32,000 nt of DNA, from assembly GCF_000341395.1 (NCBI RefSeq), contig NC_020304.1, positions 90,001 to 122,000 on the forward strand, read 5' to 3'. This stretch comes from Desulfocapsa sulfexigens DSM 10523 (lineage in GTDB: Bacteria; Desulfobacterota; Desulfobulbia; Desulfobulbales; Desulfocapsaceae). The first letter of the stretch is position 1, and the number at the start of each line of letters is the position of its first letter. Below are positions 1-9,292 of the stretch, in pieces. The notes under the pieces were generated by a model that was not told the DNA's origin, searched no databases, and saw nothing but the letters and a program-made list of their open reading frames with translations. The position numbers and the translations under genes were made by a program.

Positions 1-1
1 G

Positions 2-115
2 GGTGAGAAGCGTGTCCTAATTATTCCTGCAAATCTAGGTTATGGACCATCGGGACGCGGTCCTATTCCACCAAATGCCACCATGATTTTTGATGTGGAG
101 TTGATTGATTTCTAA
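2..115 (+). CDS. FKBP-type peptidyl-prolyl cis-trans isomerase, C-terminal fragment (truncated by window edge)
   Basis: My translation of frame 2 gives [37 protein letters not shown], which carries the FKBP signature (IPxxLGYG...G..IPPNATLIFDVEL). Confidence 0.9.
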   Translation, partial: GEKRVLIIPANLGYGPSGRGPIPPNATMIFDVELIDF

Positions 116-152
116 AGAGTGAATCATTCGTTTTTTTTCGTGAAATAAAAGC

Positions 153-194
153 AAAAGGCCTGACTGGATAGTGTTTCCGGCCAGGCCTTTTTTT
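153..194 (+). terminator. Rho-independent terminator after the FKBP gene
   Basis: AAAGGCCTG ... CAGGCCTTT stem followed by a T tract, about 40 bp after the stop codon. Confidence 0.85.
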
Positions 195-305
195 AGTCTC
201 ATGTAACAGGATTCACTTCGATATATAGGCGCTGCAGGTCAAGGTTGAAATCTTGCGAAAATACAAAAAAGGGGAAAAGATGAGCAAAACAGAGGGGAGA
301 AGCTG

Positions 306-896
306 ATGATCAAGGTCAATTGCGGACGATGTTTGCGGCAGCTACTGTGGCGTGGAGTGTTTGCGGTTGCACTGCTGGCGCTACCTTTTCCATTGTGGGC
401 TGCGGATTGGAGCCCATTGTCTGATACAGGCCAGAATAAATGTTACGATGCACAGGGTGCTGAAATTGTCTGCCCGACAGCCGGACAGCCTTTTCTGGGG
501 CAAGATGCACAGTATCAGGGAGCAACTTCTGTTTTTCGGGATAATGGCAACCAAACTGTCAGCGATCAGCAGAGTGGTCTGATGTGGATGAAATCCAGCG
601 ATGATATAGCTCGCAGATGGCAGGATGCTATCACCTACTGCAACGAACGTGTCTTTGCAGGTCATGATGACTGGCGCCTGCCCAGCAAATTCGAACTGGA
701 GTCCATCGTCAACTATGGTCGATCGTTTCCAGCTGTTAATGAAGTTTTCAGTTGTCCGGGGTCATTTACCTGGTCGAAGACCGTTCACGTGGGCAACCCT
801 GAGTACGCGTGGAGTGTCTACTGTGACGATGGCGCTGATCATTGGGTTCACAAAACAAACACCTATTCCGTCCGTTGTGTTCGTAACGAACGATGA
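306..896 (+). CDS. DUF1566 / Lcl C-terminal domain protein with signal peptide
   Basis: 196 aa ORF with an N-terminal hydrophobic signal. Contains GLMWMKSSD...W.DAITYCN...DDWRLPSKFELESIV...FTWSKT...RCVRN, typical of DUF1566. Confidence 0.8.
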   Translation: MIKVNCGRCLRQLLWRGVFAVALLALPFPLWAADWSPLSDTGQNKCYDAQGAEIVCPTAGQPFLGQDAQYQGATSVFRDNGNQTVSDQQSGLMWMKSSDDIARRWQDAITYCNERVFAGHDDWRLPSKFELESIVNYGRSFPAVNEVFSCPGSFTWSKTVHVGNPEYAWSVYCDDGADHWVHKTNTYSVRCVRNER

Positions 897-999
897 AATT
901 TGATTTCTTTCATTCTTTTACACTCATTATGGCCTTCCTGCTCAAAGAAGTATACTGGTCGTCTCATCAATTCACCTCATTATCCACAGGACACAAAAT

Positions 1000-1515
1000 A
1001 TGCTACTAAAACAGACCCAACCTGACATTCGGCGTCCCCCCCGACCTTTCATGCAGAAAAGAAGTGCACGAATCATCATGGGGAGCACTCTGCTGCTTTC
1101 AGTCTTTGTTCTCTTTGGCTCACTTGCGCATACCATAGGCCCCTACACTGCCCGAATCAACACGGTTATTGACCAGGGAACCGGCCTGGAGTGGCAAAAA
1201 AACAGTACCGGAATACCCCACACCTGGCAGAATGCACTTCTCTACTGTGAAGATTTATCTCTTGACTCAAAAACCGACTGGCGAGTCCCCAATATCCGCG
1301 AGTTAAAATCTCTTGCTGACTACAGCAGATACTACCCAGCAATTGATCCGGTTATCCCCAGTGAGTCATCAGTCTACTGGTCAGCCACCACCGCCGTAAC
1401 ACGTTCTCCAACGAGCGCATGGACGGTCTTTTTCGGTAATGGCGATGACATTTGGGCAGATAAGAGCAAAACACACTACGTTCGTTGTGTTCGTTCTGAG
1501 TCCTCAGGTCAGTAG
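1000..1515 (+). CDS. DUF1566 / Lcl domain protein, membrane anchored
   Basis: 171 aa ORF with an N-terminal TM segment. Contains GLEWQKNS...TWQNALLYCED...DWRVPNIRELKSLADY...YWSATT...YVRCVRSE. Paralogous to the upstream ORF. Confidence 0.8.
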   Translation: MLLKQTQPDIRRPPRPFMQKRSARIIMGSTLLLSVFVLFGSLAHTIGPYTARINTVIDQGTGLEWQKNSTGIPHTWQNALLYCEDLSLDSKTDWRVPNIRELKSLADYSRYYPAIDPVIPSESSVYWSATTAVTRSPTSAWTVFFGNGDDIWADKSKTHYVRCVRSESSGQ

Positions 1516-1625
1516 TAATGCAAAGCAACAGGAGTTAACATGAGGCCGTGACAGATATCCCTGGAAACCACAGGATCAGCTTCAATACAGTCTCTTTCAG
1601 GTCAAAGGGGAGAAAACAACACTGT

Positions 1626-2591
1626 TCAATACTTCAAACCAACGCGTTCTCGTACCAGATCAAGAGTGACCATAGCCTTTTCCCTTGCTCGAATTGCACC
1701 TTTTCGTAAAACAGTTCGAATCATTTCTGGATCAGCCATGTATTCTGCTTTTTTCTGACGAGCCTCAGCATAATAGTCACTAATCAGCTCGAGAAGTTCG
1801 AGCTTTAAATACCCATAGGCCGCACCACCATTAACATACAGATTTCTTATTTCCTGGAGACGCTCGGGTGTTGCAAAGAGTTTAAACAGAGCAAAAAGAT
1901 TACACTGGTCAGGATCTTTTGGATCCTCCACGGGAATTGCGTCGGTTGCGATCGCCATCACTTTTTTCTTCAGCTGCTTGCCTTCAAGAAAAATAGGGAT
2001 GGTATTCCCGTATGATTTTGACATCTTCTGTCCGTCAAGCCCGGGGACAATGGCTGTGGTATCACTGATAAAAGGCTCAGGCACCACAAAGGTTTCACCG
2101 AAGGTATTATTGAATTTCTGGGCGACATCCCTTGCGACCTCAAGGTGCTGCTTCTGATCCTTGCCAACAGGAACCTGATCCGCCTGATAGAGGAGGATAT
2201 CAGCCGCCATAAGTACTGGATAGGAAAACAGGCCATGGCTGGCATCAATTCCCTTGGCTACCTTATCTTTGTATGAATGACAGCGTTCCATCAACCCCAT
2301 TGGAGTGACAGTGGATAATATCCAGGCCAACTCACACACCTCGGGAACATCCGACTGTACCCAGAATGTACATTTTTCAGGATCAAGCCCAAGTGCCAGA
2401 AAATCAGCGGCAGCCTCAAGCGTTCCCGCAGCAAGTTTTTCTCTATCATGGACGGATGTGAGTGCGTGAAGATTAACGATAAAGACATAGAGATCGGAAT
2501 TCTCCATGTTGGAAATCATGGTTTTCATCATCCCAAAATAATTTCCTATATGCAACTGGCCCGAAGGCTGAATACCTGACAAGACTTTCAT
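1626..2591 (-). CDS. trpS: Tryptophanyl-tRNA synthetase
   Basis: 321 aa; class I signatures HIGN (GQLHIGNYFG) and KMSKS (DGQKMSKSYGN), with overall TrpS organisation. Confidence 0.95.
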   Translation of the reverse strand: MKVLSGIQPSGQLHIGNYFGMMKTMISNMENSDLYVFIVNLHALTSVHDREKLAAGTLEAAADFLALGLDPEKCTFWVQSDVPEVCELAWILSTVTPMGLMERCHSYKDKVAKGIDASHGLFSYPVLMAADILLYQADQVPVGKDQKQHLEVARDVAQKFNNTFGETFVVPEPFISDTTAIVPGLDGQKMSKSYGNTIPIFLEGKQLKKKVMAIATDAIPVEDPKDPDQCNLFALFKLFATPERLQEIRNLYVNGGAAYGYLKLELLELISDYYAEARQKKAEYMADPEMIRTVLRKGAIRAREKAMVTLDLVRERVGLKY

Positions 2592-2690
2592 GATTATATT
2601 TATGCGTTAAGTTAACATTTTTTGATTTTCGTTTCCAACCATCTGCCTTTCGAATTCCGGCTCGAGCATACTACCTCAGGTGAAAACGAA

Positions 2691-2730
2691 AAAAAAGGGG
2701 GAATCTGAATTTCATCGGATTCCCCCTTTT
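2691..2730 (-). terminator. Rho-independent terminator for dnaK (possibly bidirectional)
   Basis: GGGGGAATC (2697-2705) ... GATTCCCCC (2718-2726), with A tract on the left and T tract on the right of the + strand. Confidence 0.85.
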
Positions 2731-2773
2731 CACTCACTGCCTTCTTTCGCAGACAGGTGCTCAGCTGACAAAA

Positions 2774-4687
2774 TTATTTTTTATCATCATCCTTTACTTC
2801 TTCGAAGTCAGCATCAACAACATCATCATCCTGTTTTGCTTCTCCAGCGTCAGCTGAACCGGCTCCTTCAGGTCCTTCCTTGGAGGCTTGAGCATACATA
2901 ATTTCAGCAAGCTTGTGGGACGCCTTGGTCAATTCTTCGATGGCAGCATTGATAGCATCGGTATCATCACCTTCAGCGACCTTCTTAACGTTTTCGATCT
3001 CTCTTTCCACATTGCTCTTGGTCTCGGCATCCACCTTGTCACCAAGGTCTTTCAGCGACTTCTGAGAGGCATGTATGAGACCATCGGCATTATTCCTGGC
3101 TTCGACCAGTGCCTTACGTTTCTTGTCTTCCTCAGCATGCTCCTCAGCATCCTGTTTCATCTTCTCGATCTCAGCCTCGGACAGACCGGAAGAGGCTGTG
3201 ATACGGATGGATTGTTCCTTATTCGTACCAAGATCCTTAGCAGAAACATGGAGAATACCATTGGCATCAAGATCAAAAGAAACCTCAATCTGAGGCACGC
3301 CACGAGGCGCAGGTGGAATGTCGGAAAGCTCAAAGCGACCGATAGTCTTGTTATCCTGTGCCATTTCACGTTCACCTTGGAGCACATGGATGGAAACAGC
3401 AGGCTGATTATCAGCGGCTGTTGAGAACACCTGACTCTTTTTCGTGGGAACCGTGGTATTTTTCTCGATCAGCTTGGTGGTAACACCGCCAAGAGTCTCA
3501 ATACCGAGTGAAAGAGGTGTAACATCGAGGAGCAATACATCTTTCACATCACCCTGAAGAACACCACCCTGAATAGCAGCACCGATGGCCACAACTTCAT
3601 CGGGATTCACGCCCTTGTGAGGCTCCTTACCAAAGATCTCTTTTACTTTCTGTTGAACTTTCGGCATCCTGCTCATACCACCGACAAGTATTACCTCATC
3701 GATATCAGATGCAGAGAGACCAGCATCTTTCAAAGCTGTAACACAGGGAGCAACAGTGCGATCAACAAGATCATCGACCAGGGACTCATACTTGGAACGA
3801 CTCAATTTGATATTCAAATGCTTTGGACCCGTGGCATCTGCGGTAATAAATGGCAGATTAATATCAGTCTCTGTGGTGGTGGAAAGTTCCATTTTGGCCT
3901 TTTCACCTTCTTCCTTCAACCGCTGGAGAGCCATTTTGTCGTTACGAAGATCGATTCCCTGCTCACGTTTAAACTCATCTGCAAGCCAGTTCACGATACG
4001 CATATCAAAATCTTCACCACCGAGAAAGGTGTCACCATTTGTAGCCTTCACCTCAAACACACCATCGCCGATCTCAAGGATGGAGACATCAAAAGTACCA
4101 CCACCAAGATCGAATACTGCTATTTTCTCTTCGCCCTTTTTGTCGAGTCCATAGGCAAGTGCCGCCGCTGTGGGCTCATTAATGATACGCTGCACATTAA
4201 GTCCGGCAATCTTACCGGCATCTTTTGTTGCCTGACGCTGGGCATCATTAAAGTAAGCGGGAACGGTAACAACAGCATCGGTTACTTCCTCTCCGAGATA
4301 TTCTTCAGCAGTCTTTTTCATTTTGCCAAGAATCATGGCCGAAATTTCGGCAGGAGTATAGTTTTTTCCTTCAACTTCAATAGCTGCACTGCCATCCTTT
4401 CCTTTAATAATCTTGAAAGGACTTACCTCAACTGATTTCTGTACTTCACCATCGCTAAAATTTCGACCAATCAGACGCTTGATGGCGAACAGGGTACGTT
4501 CCGGATTCGTCACGGCCTGACGTTTTGCCACCTGGCCAACCATACGCTCATTATTATCTGTAAATGCGACAATGGAAGGCGTAGTACGATTCCCTTCCAC
4601 ATTGGCGATAACGGTTGGGTCACCACCTTCCATAACAGCCACACATGAATTTGTAGTTCCTAAGTCAATTCCAATTATCTTTCCCAT
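2774..4687 (-). CDS. dnaK: Molecular chaperone DnaK (Hsp70)
   Basis: 637 aa; [52 protein letters not shown] and an acidic C-terminal tail. Confidence 0.98.
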   Translation of the reverse strand: MGKIIGIDLGTTNSCVAVMEGGDPTVIANVEGNRTTPSIVAFTDNNERMVGQVAKRQAVTNPERTLFAIKRLIGRNFSDGEVQKSVEVSPFKIIKGKDGSAAIEVEGKNYTPAEISAMILGKMKKTAEEYLGEEVTDAVVTVPAYFNDAQRQATKDAGKIAGLNVQRIINEPTAAALAYGLDKKGEEKIAVFDLGGGTFDVSILEIGDGVFEVKATNGDTFLGGEDFDMRIVNWLADEFKREQGIDLRNDKMALQRLKEEGEKAKMELSTTTETDINLPFITADATGPKHLNIKLSRSKYESLVDDLVDRTVAPCVTALKDAGLSASDIDEVILVGGMSRMPKVQQKVKEIFGKEPHKGVNPDEVVAIGAAIQGGVLQGDVKDVLLLDVTPLSLGIETLGGVTTKLIEKNTTVPTKKSQVFSTAADNQPAVSIHVLQGEREMAQDNKTIGRFELSDIPPAPRGVPQIEVSFDLDANGILHVSAKDLGTNKEQSIRITASSGLSEAEIEKMKQDAEEHAEEDKKRKALVEARNNADGLIHASQKSLKDLGDKVDAETKSNVEREIENVKKVAEGDDTDAINAAIEELTKASHKLAEIMYAQASKEGPEGAGSADAGEAKQDDDVVDADFEEVKDDDKK

Positions 4688-4871
4688 GACATTCTCTCCT
4701 TATATCGAAACGTGAAACCGCCTCCGCTTTACTTTGGCGATATCTTCCATTTTCCGTTTTTTTCTGTTTTATAAAAACTCTTTTTAAAATCGGTACAACA
4801 CTTGCTACAGTGCTCATCATCCTGATTTTGTCAAGCAACTGATTACTTCTTCTTGAAAATTTCCCTGCCAT

Positions 4872-5459
4872 TTACTTCTTATCTCCTGCCGAAACAACCA
4901 CCTTGGCAGCCCGAAGGAGACGATCTTTGTACTGATACCCTTTTTCAAACTCAGTCAGTATGTGATTTTCCGGAACCGTATCACTGGGTTCCATTGTCAG
5001 GGCTTCGTGATTTGTAGGATCAAAAGCCTCCCCTAAACTTTTGATTGGGGTTACTTCAAATTTTTCAAGGGTGGTGATAAGACTTTTCAAGGTCAATTGC
5101 ACACCTTCACGAAGAGATGACAAGCCTTGCTCAGCCTCAATACCTTCCATCTTACTCTGAGCGACTGCACGTTCAAGATTGTCGACGGTGGCCAGGACTT
5201 CCTTGAGAATTGGTTCACCTGCATACTTCAGGGCCGTAGCCTTATCCCGTATCATTCGTTTTTTATAATTATCAAATTCTGCTGCTATACGCAGCATCTG
5301 ATTTTTTTGTTCCGCTGCATCAGCAAGTGCGGCCGCCAACTGTTTTTCAAGTGAATCTTCCTCAACAGCCTCCTCCACTTCGGGAATATTTTCACCGATA
5401 GACTCAATGTCATCCAGAATCTCTTCCTGCTTATTTTCTTCGCTCACCAATTCCTCCAT
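4872..5459 (-). CDS. grpE: Nucleotide exchange factor GrpE
   Basis: The ORF runs from 5582, but I place the start at 5459 (MEELVSEENKQ...). Contains FDNYKKRMIRDK..., NLERAV, ...HEALTMEPSDTVPENHILTEFEKGYQYKDRLLRAAKVVVS. Confidence 0.92.
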   Translation of the reverse strand: MEELVSEENKQEEILDDIESIGENIPEVEEAVEEDSLEKQLAAALADAAEQKNQMLRIAAEFDNYKKRMIRDKATALKYAGEPILKEVLATVDNLERAVAQSKMEGIEAEQGLSSLREGVQLTLKSLITTLEKFEVTPIKSLGEAFDPTNHEALTMEPSDTVPENHILTEFEKGYQYKDRLLRAAKVVVSAGDKK

Positions 5460-5544
5460 ATAAGGTATAGGCAAAGGGCAGGGCCAGACGGTCCCCCCTC
5501 GCCAGCATTCATTCAAAAAATAGTATTGCTTTACAATTGCATCA

Positions 5545-5572
5545 ACAATAAGTAGCACTATTTTCTTGTCAA
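5545..5572 (-). promoter_or_regulatory. Candidate sigma-70-like promoter for grpE
   Basis: On the minus strand, TTGACA (5567-5572), 16-bp spacer, TATTGT (5545-5550), upstream of the proposed start at 5459. Confidence 0.4.
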
Positions 5573-5669
5573 GTGGCCACACCGCCCCTTTTTGCCTTTC
5601 ATCTTGGATAAAAAGACAATATAGTATTCGATATTATTTCCTATTTTTATTGTATGGAGAACAGAATCA

Positions 5670-6737
5670 ATGGAATTTGAACCAAAATGGATTGCCTGGG
5701 AAATCACCAGGCGTTGTAACCTTAAATGCGTACACTGCAGATCCTCCTCGGAGCTTGCAATTGAAGGGCACCCCGATTTTTCTTTTGACGAAGCCAAACG
5801 GGTCATCGATGATATTGTCTCTTATGCCTCTCCCGTCATCGTCCTCTCAGGTGGAGAACCACTGCTTCGGGAAGATGTTTTTGATATTGCCAAATATGGT
5901 GAGTCGAAGGGGTTACGAATGTGCCTGGCTACAAACGGCACACTGGTGACAGATGATATCTGTAAGAAAATAGTCGACGCCAGGATTAAAATGGTATCGT
6001 TAAGCCTGGATGGTGCAAAAGCCGAGACCCACGACAACTTTCGAAATCAGGAGGGAGCATTCGATGGAACCATGAACGCCATCAAACTCTTCAAGGAACA
6101 TAACATCCCCTTTCTCATCAACTCTTCCTTCACCATTCGCAATCGTAAGGAGATACCTGAAATTTATAAACTGGTGAAGGGACTTGGGGCTACAGCATGG
6201 TATATGTTTATGATCGTACCCACTGGCCGTGGCGAAGATATCATGGAAGAACTTATCCCCATTGATCTCTATGACGAAATCCTGGAGTGGCATTACGAGA
6301 TAGAAAAGAATGACGACGAACTCCTTACCCGGCCCACCTGTGCTCCCCATTATTATAGAATAGTACGTCAAAAGGCCAAGGAGGAGAACAGCTCCTTTAA
6401 ACGCCGTAACCTGAAATTCTCTACGGGTGGTTCCAAGGGATGCCTGGCCGGGCAGCTTATCTGCCTCATCGATGTGGACCTTGATGTGCTCCCCTGCAGT
6501 TATTTTCCAAAGTCTGCCGGAAATCTTTACAAACAGTCCTTTAAAGAAGTATGGGAAGACTCCAAGCTCTTTGCCGAGATGCGCGATTTTAAAGGATACA
6601 AGGACAACTGTGGATCCTGCGAATATGTCAATGTCTGCGGTGGCTGCAGGGCTCGTGCCTATGCCATGACCGGGGATTATCTGGCACAGGAGCCATTCTG
6701 CAATTATATCCCACGTAGTATCAGGGAAAAAGAATAA
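5670..6737 (+). CDS. ahbD: Radical SAM/SPASM protein, AhbD-like heme b synthase (alternative siroheme-dependent heme pathway)
   Basis: 355 aa; radical SAM CxxxCxxC (CNLKCVHC), [48 protein letters not shown] and C-terminal SPASM-type [36 protein letters not shown], a pattern characteristic of AhbD. Confidence 0.75.
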   Translation: MEFEPKWIAWEITRRCNLKCVHCRSSSELAIEGHPDFSFDEAKRVIDDIVSYASPVIVLSGGEPLLREDVFDIAKYGESKGLRMCLATNGTLVTDDICKKIVDARIKMVSLSLDGAKAETHDNFRNQEGAFDGTMNAIKLFKEHNIPFLINSSFTIRNRKEIPEIYKLVKGLGATAWYMFMIVPTGRGEDIMEELIPIDLYDEILEWHYEIEKNDDELLTRPTCAPHYYRIVRQKAKEENSSFKRRNLKFSTGGSKGCLAGQLICLIDVDLDVLPCSYFPKSAGNLYKQSFKEVWEDSKLFAEMRDFKGYKDNCGSCEYVNVCGGCRARAYAMTGDYLAQEPFCNYIPRSIREKE

Positions 6738-6984
6738 AGGGTGCCTTGCAAAATTAGTATTTTCGTTTCAAATCGAAGTGTGAAAAAAATTACCGCAGGT
6801 ATATATCGTATATTCTGAAGATATAATTTTTCACGCAACAAAGAGTTGAGGGGAAAAGGCAATTTTTCAAGGTAGCCTAAACACATAAATCATTAAACAA
6901 AAACCTACAAATCAAAGAAAACTTGTTCAGCAATACTCATCTTCACTCGATTGAGCCGCTGATGAACAAGTTGGGAAAGGAACC

Positions 6985-8004
6985 ATGAATGATACTTTTT
7001 TAAAGGCTTGCAGAGGCGAGAAAACTGACTACACCCCTATCTGGATAATGCGCCAGGCCGGACGTTACCTGCCAGAATACCAGAAGGTACGAGGCAAGGT
7101 CACCTTTCTTGAGTTATGCAAAACTCCGGAACTGTGTGTAGAAGTCACCCTGCAGCCCATCGATATTTTAAATGTTGATGCTGCGATCCTCTTCTCTGAC
7201 ATCCTCATTCCTCTGGAAGCTATGGGAACACCGCTGGAGTTTCACGAGGGCCGAGGGCCGGTATTCCCAGAACCGATTAAAAACCAGGCTGACCTCGACA
7301 AATTAAGAGTACCGGATCCACACGAACACACGGGCTTTGTCATGGACACCATCGGTCTTCTGCGCAAAGAACTGAATGTGCCGCTTATCGGCTTTTCCGG
7401 AGCACCCTTCACCTGTGCCACCTATATGATAGAGGGTGGGTCATCGAAAGTCTTCTGGGAAACAAAGAAAATGATGTTCACCAATCCAGAACTTTTTCAC
7501 AATATAATGAGAAAGATCACCGATACAACAACCCTCTACCTGAAAGCTCAAGCCAAGGCAGGTGCCCAGGCTCTGCAGATTTTCGATTCATGGGCCGGCG
7601 TCCTGGCGCCCTGCGATTTCGAGGCCTTTGCACTTCCCTATGTTCAGGAAATTATTCGTGACTTGCAGGATACCGGACTTCCCATTATCTACTTTGCCAA
7701 CAACGGAGCAACCCTTCTCGAACTGTCTGAATCCTCAGGTGCCAACGTACTCGGCCTCGATTGGCGTATCAATATTGGCGATGCGATAAAGCGCCTTGGA
7801 AACGTGGCCGTTCAGGGGAACCTTGACCCATTTTCTCTCTTGCTGCCAAAGGACGAGCTGAAAAAACGTATCGGACGAATTCTTGATGATGCAAAAGATG
7901 CCAAGGGCCATATTTTTAATCTTGGCCATGGTATTCACCAGTTCACGCCGCCTGAGCAGGCTAAAGCTGCCGTGGAATTTGTCCATGAACTGAGCCAGAA
8001 ATAA
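6985..8004 (+). CDS. hemE: Uroporphyrinogen decarboxylase
   Basis: 339 aa; PIWIMRQAGRYLPEYQ, FSDILIPLEAMG, GFSGAPFTCATYMIEGG, QALQIFDSWAG, VLGLDWR, VQGNLDP and LGHGI. Confidence 0.97.
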   Translation: MNDTFLKACRGEKTDYTPIWIMRQAGRYLPEYQKVRGKVTFLELCKTPELCVEVTLQPIDILNVDAAILFSDILIPLEAMGTPLEFHEGRGPVFPEPIKNQADLDKLRVPDPHEHTGFVMDTIGLLRKELNVPLIGFSGAPFTCATYMIEGGSSKVFWETKKMMFTNPELFHNIMRKITDTTTLYLKAQAKAGAQALQIFDSWAGVLAPCDFEAFALPYVQEIIRDLQDTGLPIIYFANNGATLLELSESSGANVLGLDWRINIGDAIKRLGNVAVQGNLDPFSLLLPKDELKKRIGRILDDAKDAKGHIFNLGHGIHQFTPPEQAKAAVEFVHELSQK

Positions 8005-8024
8005 CACTTCACTAAATCTGCAAA

Positions 8025-8612
8025 GTGTCAGTTCCAACAATCCAACACTGCTACTCGCTTATGAACGAGTATGCCATGCTTGATAACATCCGGGCCCATT
8101 CTGTCATGGTGGCCCGGGTGGCATCTGCTCTCCTCCAGAACCTCACGGAGACCTCAGAACAAAAGCCACACCTGCCATCCAGAGGACTTGTACTTGCTGG
8201 GGCCCTGCTTCATGATATAGCGAAAACCCCCTGTCTGAAGAACCGCTGTGATCACGCAAGACATGGACGAGATATTTGTCTGAAACTTGGCTATCCGGAA
8301 GTTGCAGAAGTGGTCCGAGAACATGTCATTCTCACCGAATTTTCCCAAAAGCGGTACCAAAAGGGTGTCTTTTATGCGAAGGAAATAGTCTACTATGCAG
8401 ACAAGCGGGTACGCCATGATGAGATAGTCTCTCTTGAGGAACGACTCGAATATATCCTGGAACAATACGGAAACAACGATCCCGATCGTCACCGATTAAT
8501 AAGAGAAAATTTCGCCCAATGCCAGCAACTTGAAAATGCTCTTTTTTCATCTTTGAAAATAACAGCTGCTGATATCCCGGCTTCAATCGCCACCATTCAG
8601 CTCACAACCTGA
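8025..8612 (+). CDS. HD-domain (HDIG-type) phosphohydrolase
   Basis: 195 aa; RAHSVMVARVA...LAGALLHDIAKTPC...DHARHG...EVVREHV. The alternative start at Met13 is possible. Confidence 0.85.
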   Translation: MSVPTIQHCYSLMNEYAMLDNIRAHSVMVARVASALLQNLTETSEQKPHLPSRGLVLAGALLHDIAKTPCLKNRCDHARHGRDICLKLGYPEVAEVVREHVILTEFSQKRYQKGVFYAKEIVYYADKRVRHDEIVSLEERLEYILEQYGNNDPDRHRLIRENFAQCQQLENALFSSLKITAADIPASIATIQLTT

Positions 8613-8646
8613 GACTGAACACGCACCATTAGAGCAAATCAATACC

Positions 8647-9279
8647 ATGAACAGTATGATAAACCCTTCAGTCCTCACCGTTTTTATTCCGACCTTCTTT
8701 TTTGTCTCTGCCACCCCGGGAATGTGCATGACCCTCTCAATGACCCTGGGGATGACCATTGGCGTCCGCCGCACCTTTTGGATGATGTGGGGTGAGCTGC
8801 TTGGCGTCGGTCTTGTGTCCCTGGCAGCTGTAGCCGGAGTAGCGGCCCTTATGCTCAACTATCCCGCTGCTTTTCTGGTGCTGAAATATATCGGTGGTGC
8901 TTATCTTGGATATCTTGGAATTCAAATGTGGCGTTCAAAGGGGAAAATGGCTCTCTGTGAAGAGAACGAAACAACTATCAAACTCAGTGCAAGGGGGCTG
9001 GCACTCCAGGGCTTCGTTACAGCCATCGCCAACCCCAAAGGCTGGGCTTTCATGATCTCCCTTTTGCCACCATTTATAGATCCACTGCAGTCACTTGCCC
9101 CGCAGGTAACCATTCTGCTCCTTATTATTCTCACCATCGAATTCTGCTGCCTTATAAGCTACGCAGCCGGAGGAAGGACACTTCGAAATGTGCTGCGGCA
9201 AAAAAGTACTCTCAAAACGATGAACAGGATAGCGGGTACTCTGATGATCGGAGTTGGTATTTGGCTGGCCGCTGGATAA
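8647..9279 (+). CDS. LysE/RhtB family amino acid exporter
   Basis: 210 aa with multiple TM segments; ATPGMCMTLSMTLGMTIGVRR, LKYIGGAYLGYLGIQMW and NPKGWAF. Confidence 0.88.
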   Translation: MNSMINPSVLTVFIPTFFFVSATPGMCMTLSMTLGMTIGVRRTFWMMWGELLGVGLVSLAAVAGVAALMLNYPAAFLVLKYIGGAYLGYLGIQMWRSKGKMALCEENETTIKLSARGLALQGFVTAIANPKGWAFMISLLPPFIDPLQSLAPQVTILLLIILTIEFCCLISYAAGGRTLRNVLRQKSTLKTMNRIAGTLMIGVGIWLAAG

Positions 9280-9292
9280 CCTGTTATACATT

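Noticed and set aside
2888-3424. Plus-strand 178-aa ORF antisense to dnaK
   Set aside because: Shadow ORF opposite conserved dnaK coding sequence.
3617-4435. Plus-strand 272-aa ORF inside dnaK
   Set aside because: Fully antisense to a strongly supported dnaK. Long open frames opposite dnaK are a well-known codon-usage artefact and the product resembles no family I know.
4806-4834. Possible CIRCE-like or strong promoter element between grpE and dnaK
   Set aside because: TTGACA is present on the minus strand, but the -10 at suitable spacing (ACTGTA) is poor. AGCACT...AAGTGT has neither the CIRCE sequence nor its spacing.
5610-5660. AATAT...ATATT short palindrome upstream of the ahbD-like gene as a regulator site
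   Set aside because: Only about 5-bp arms in an A/T-rich intergenic region, consistent with chance.
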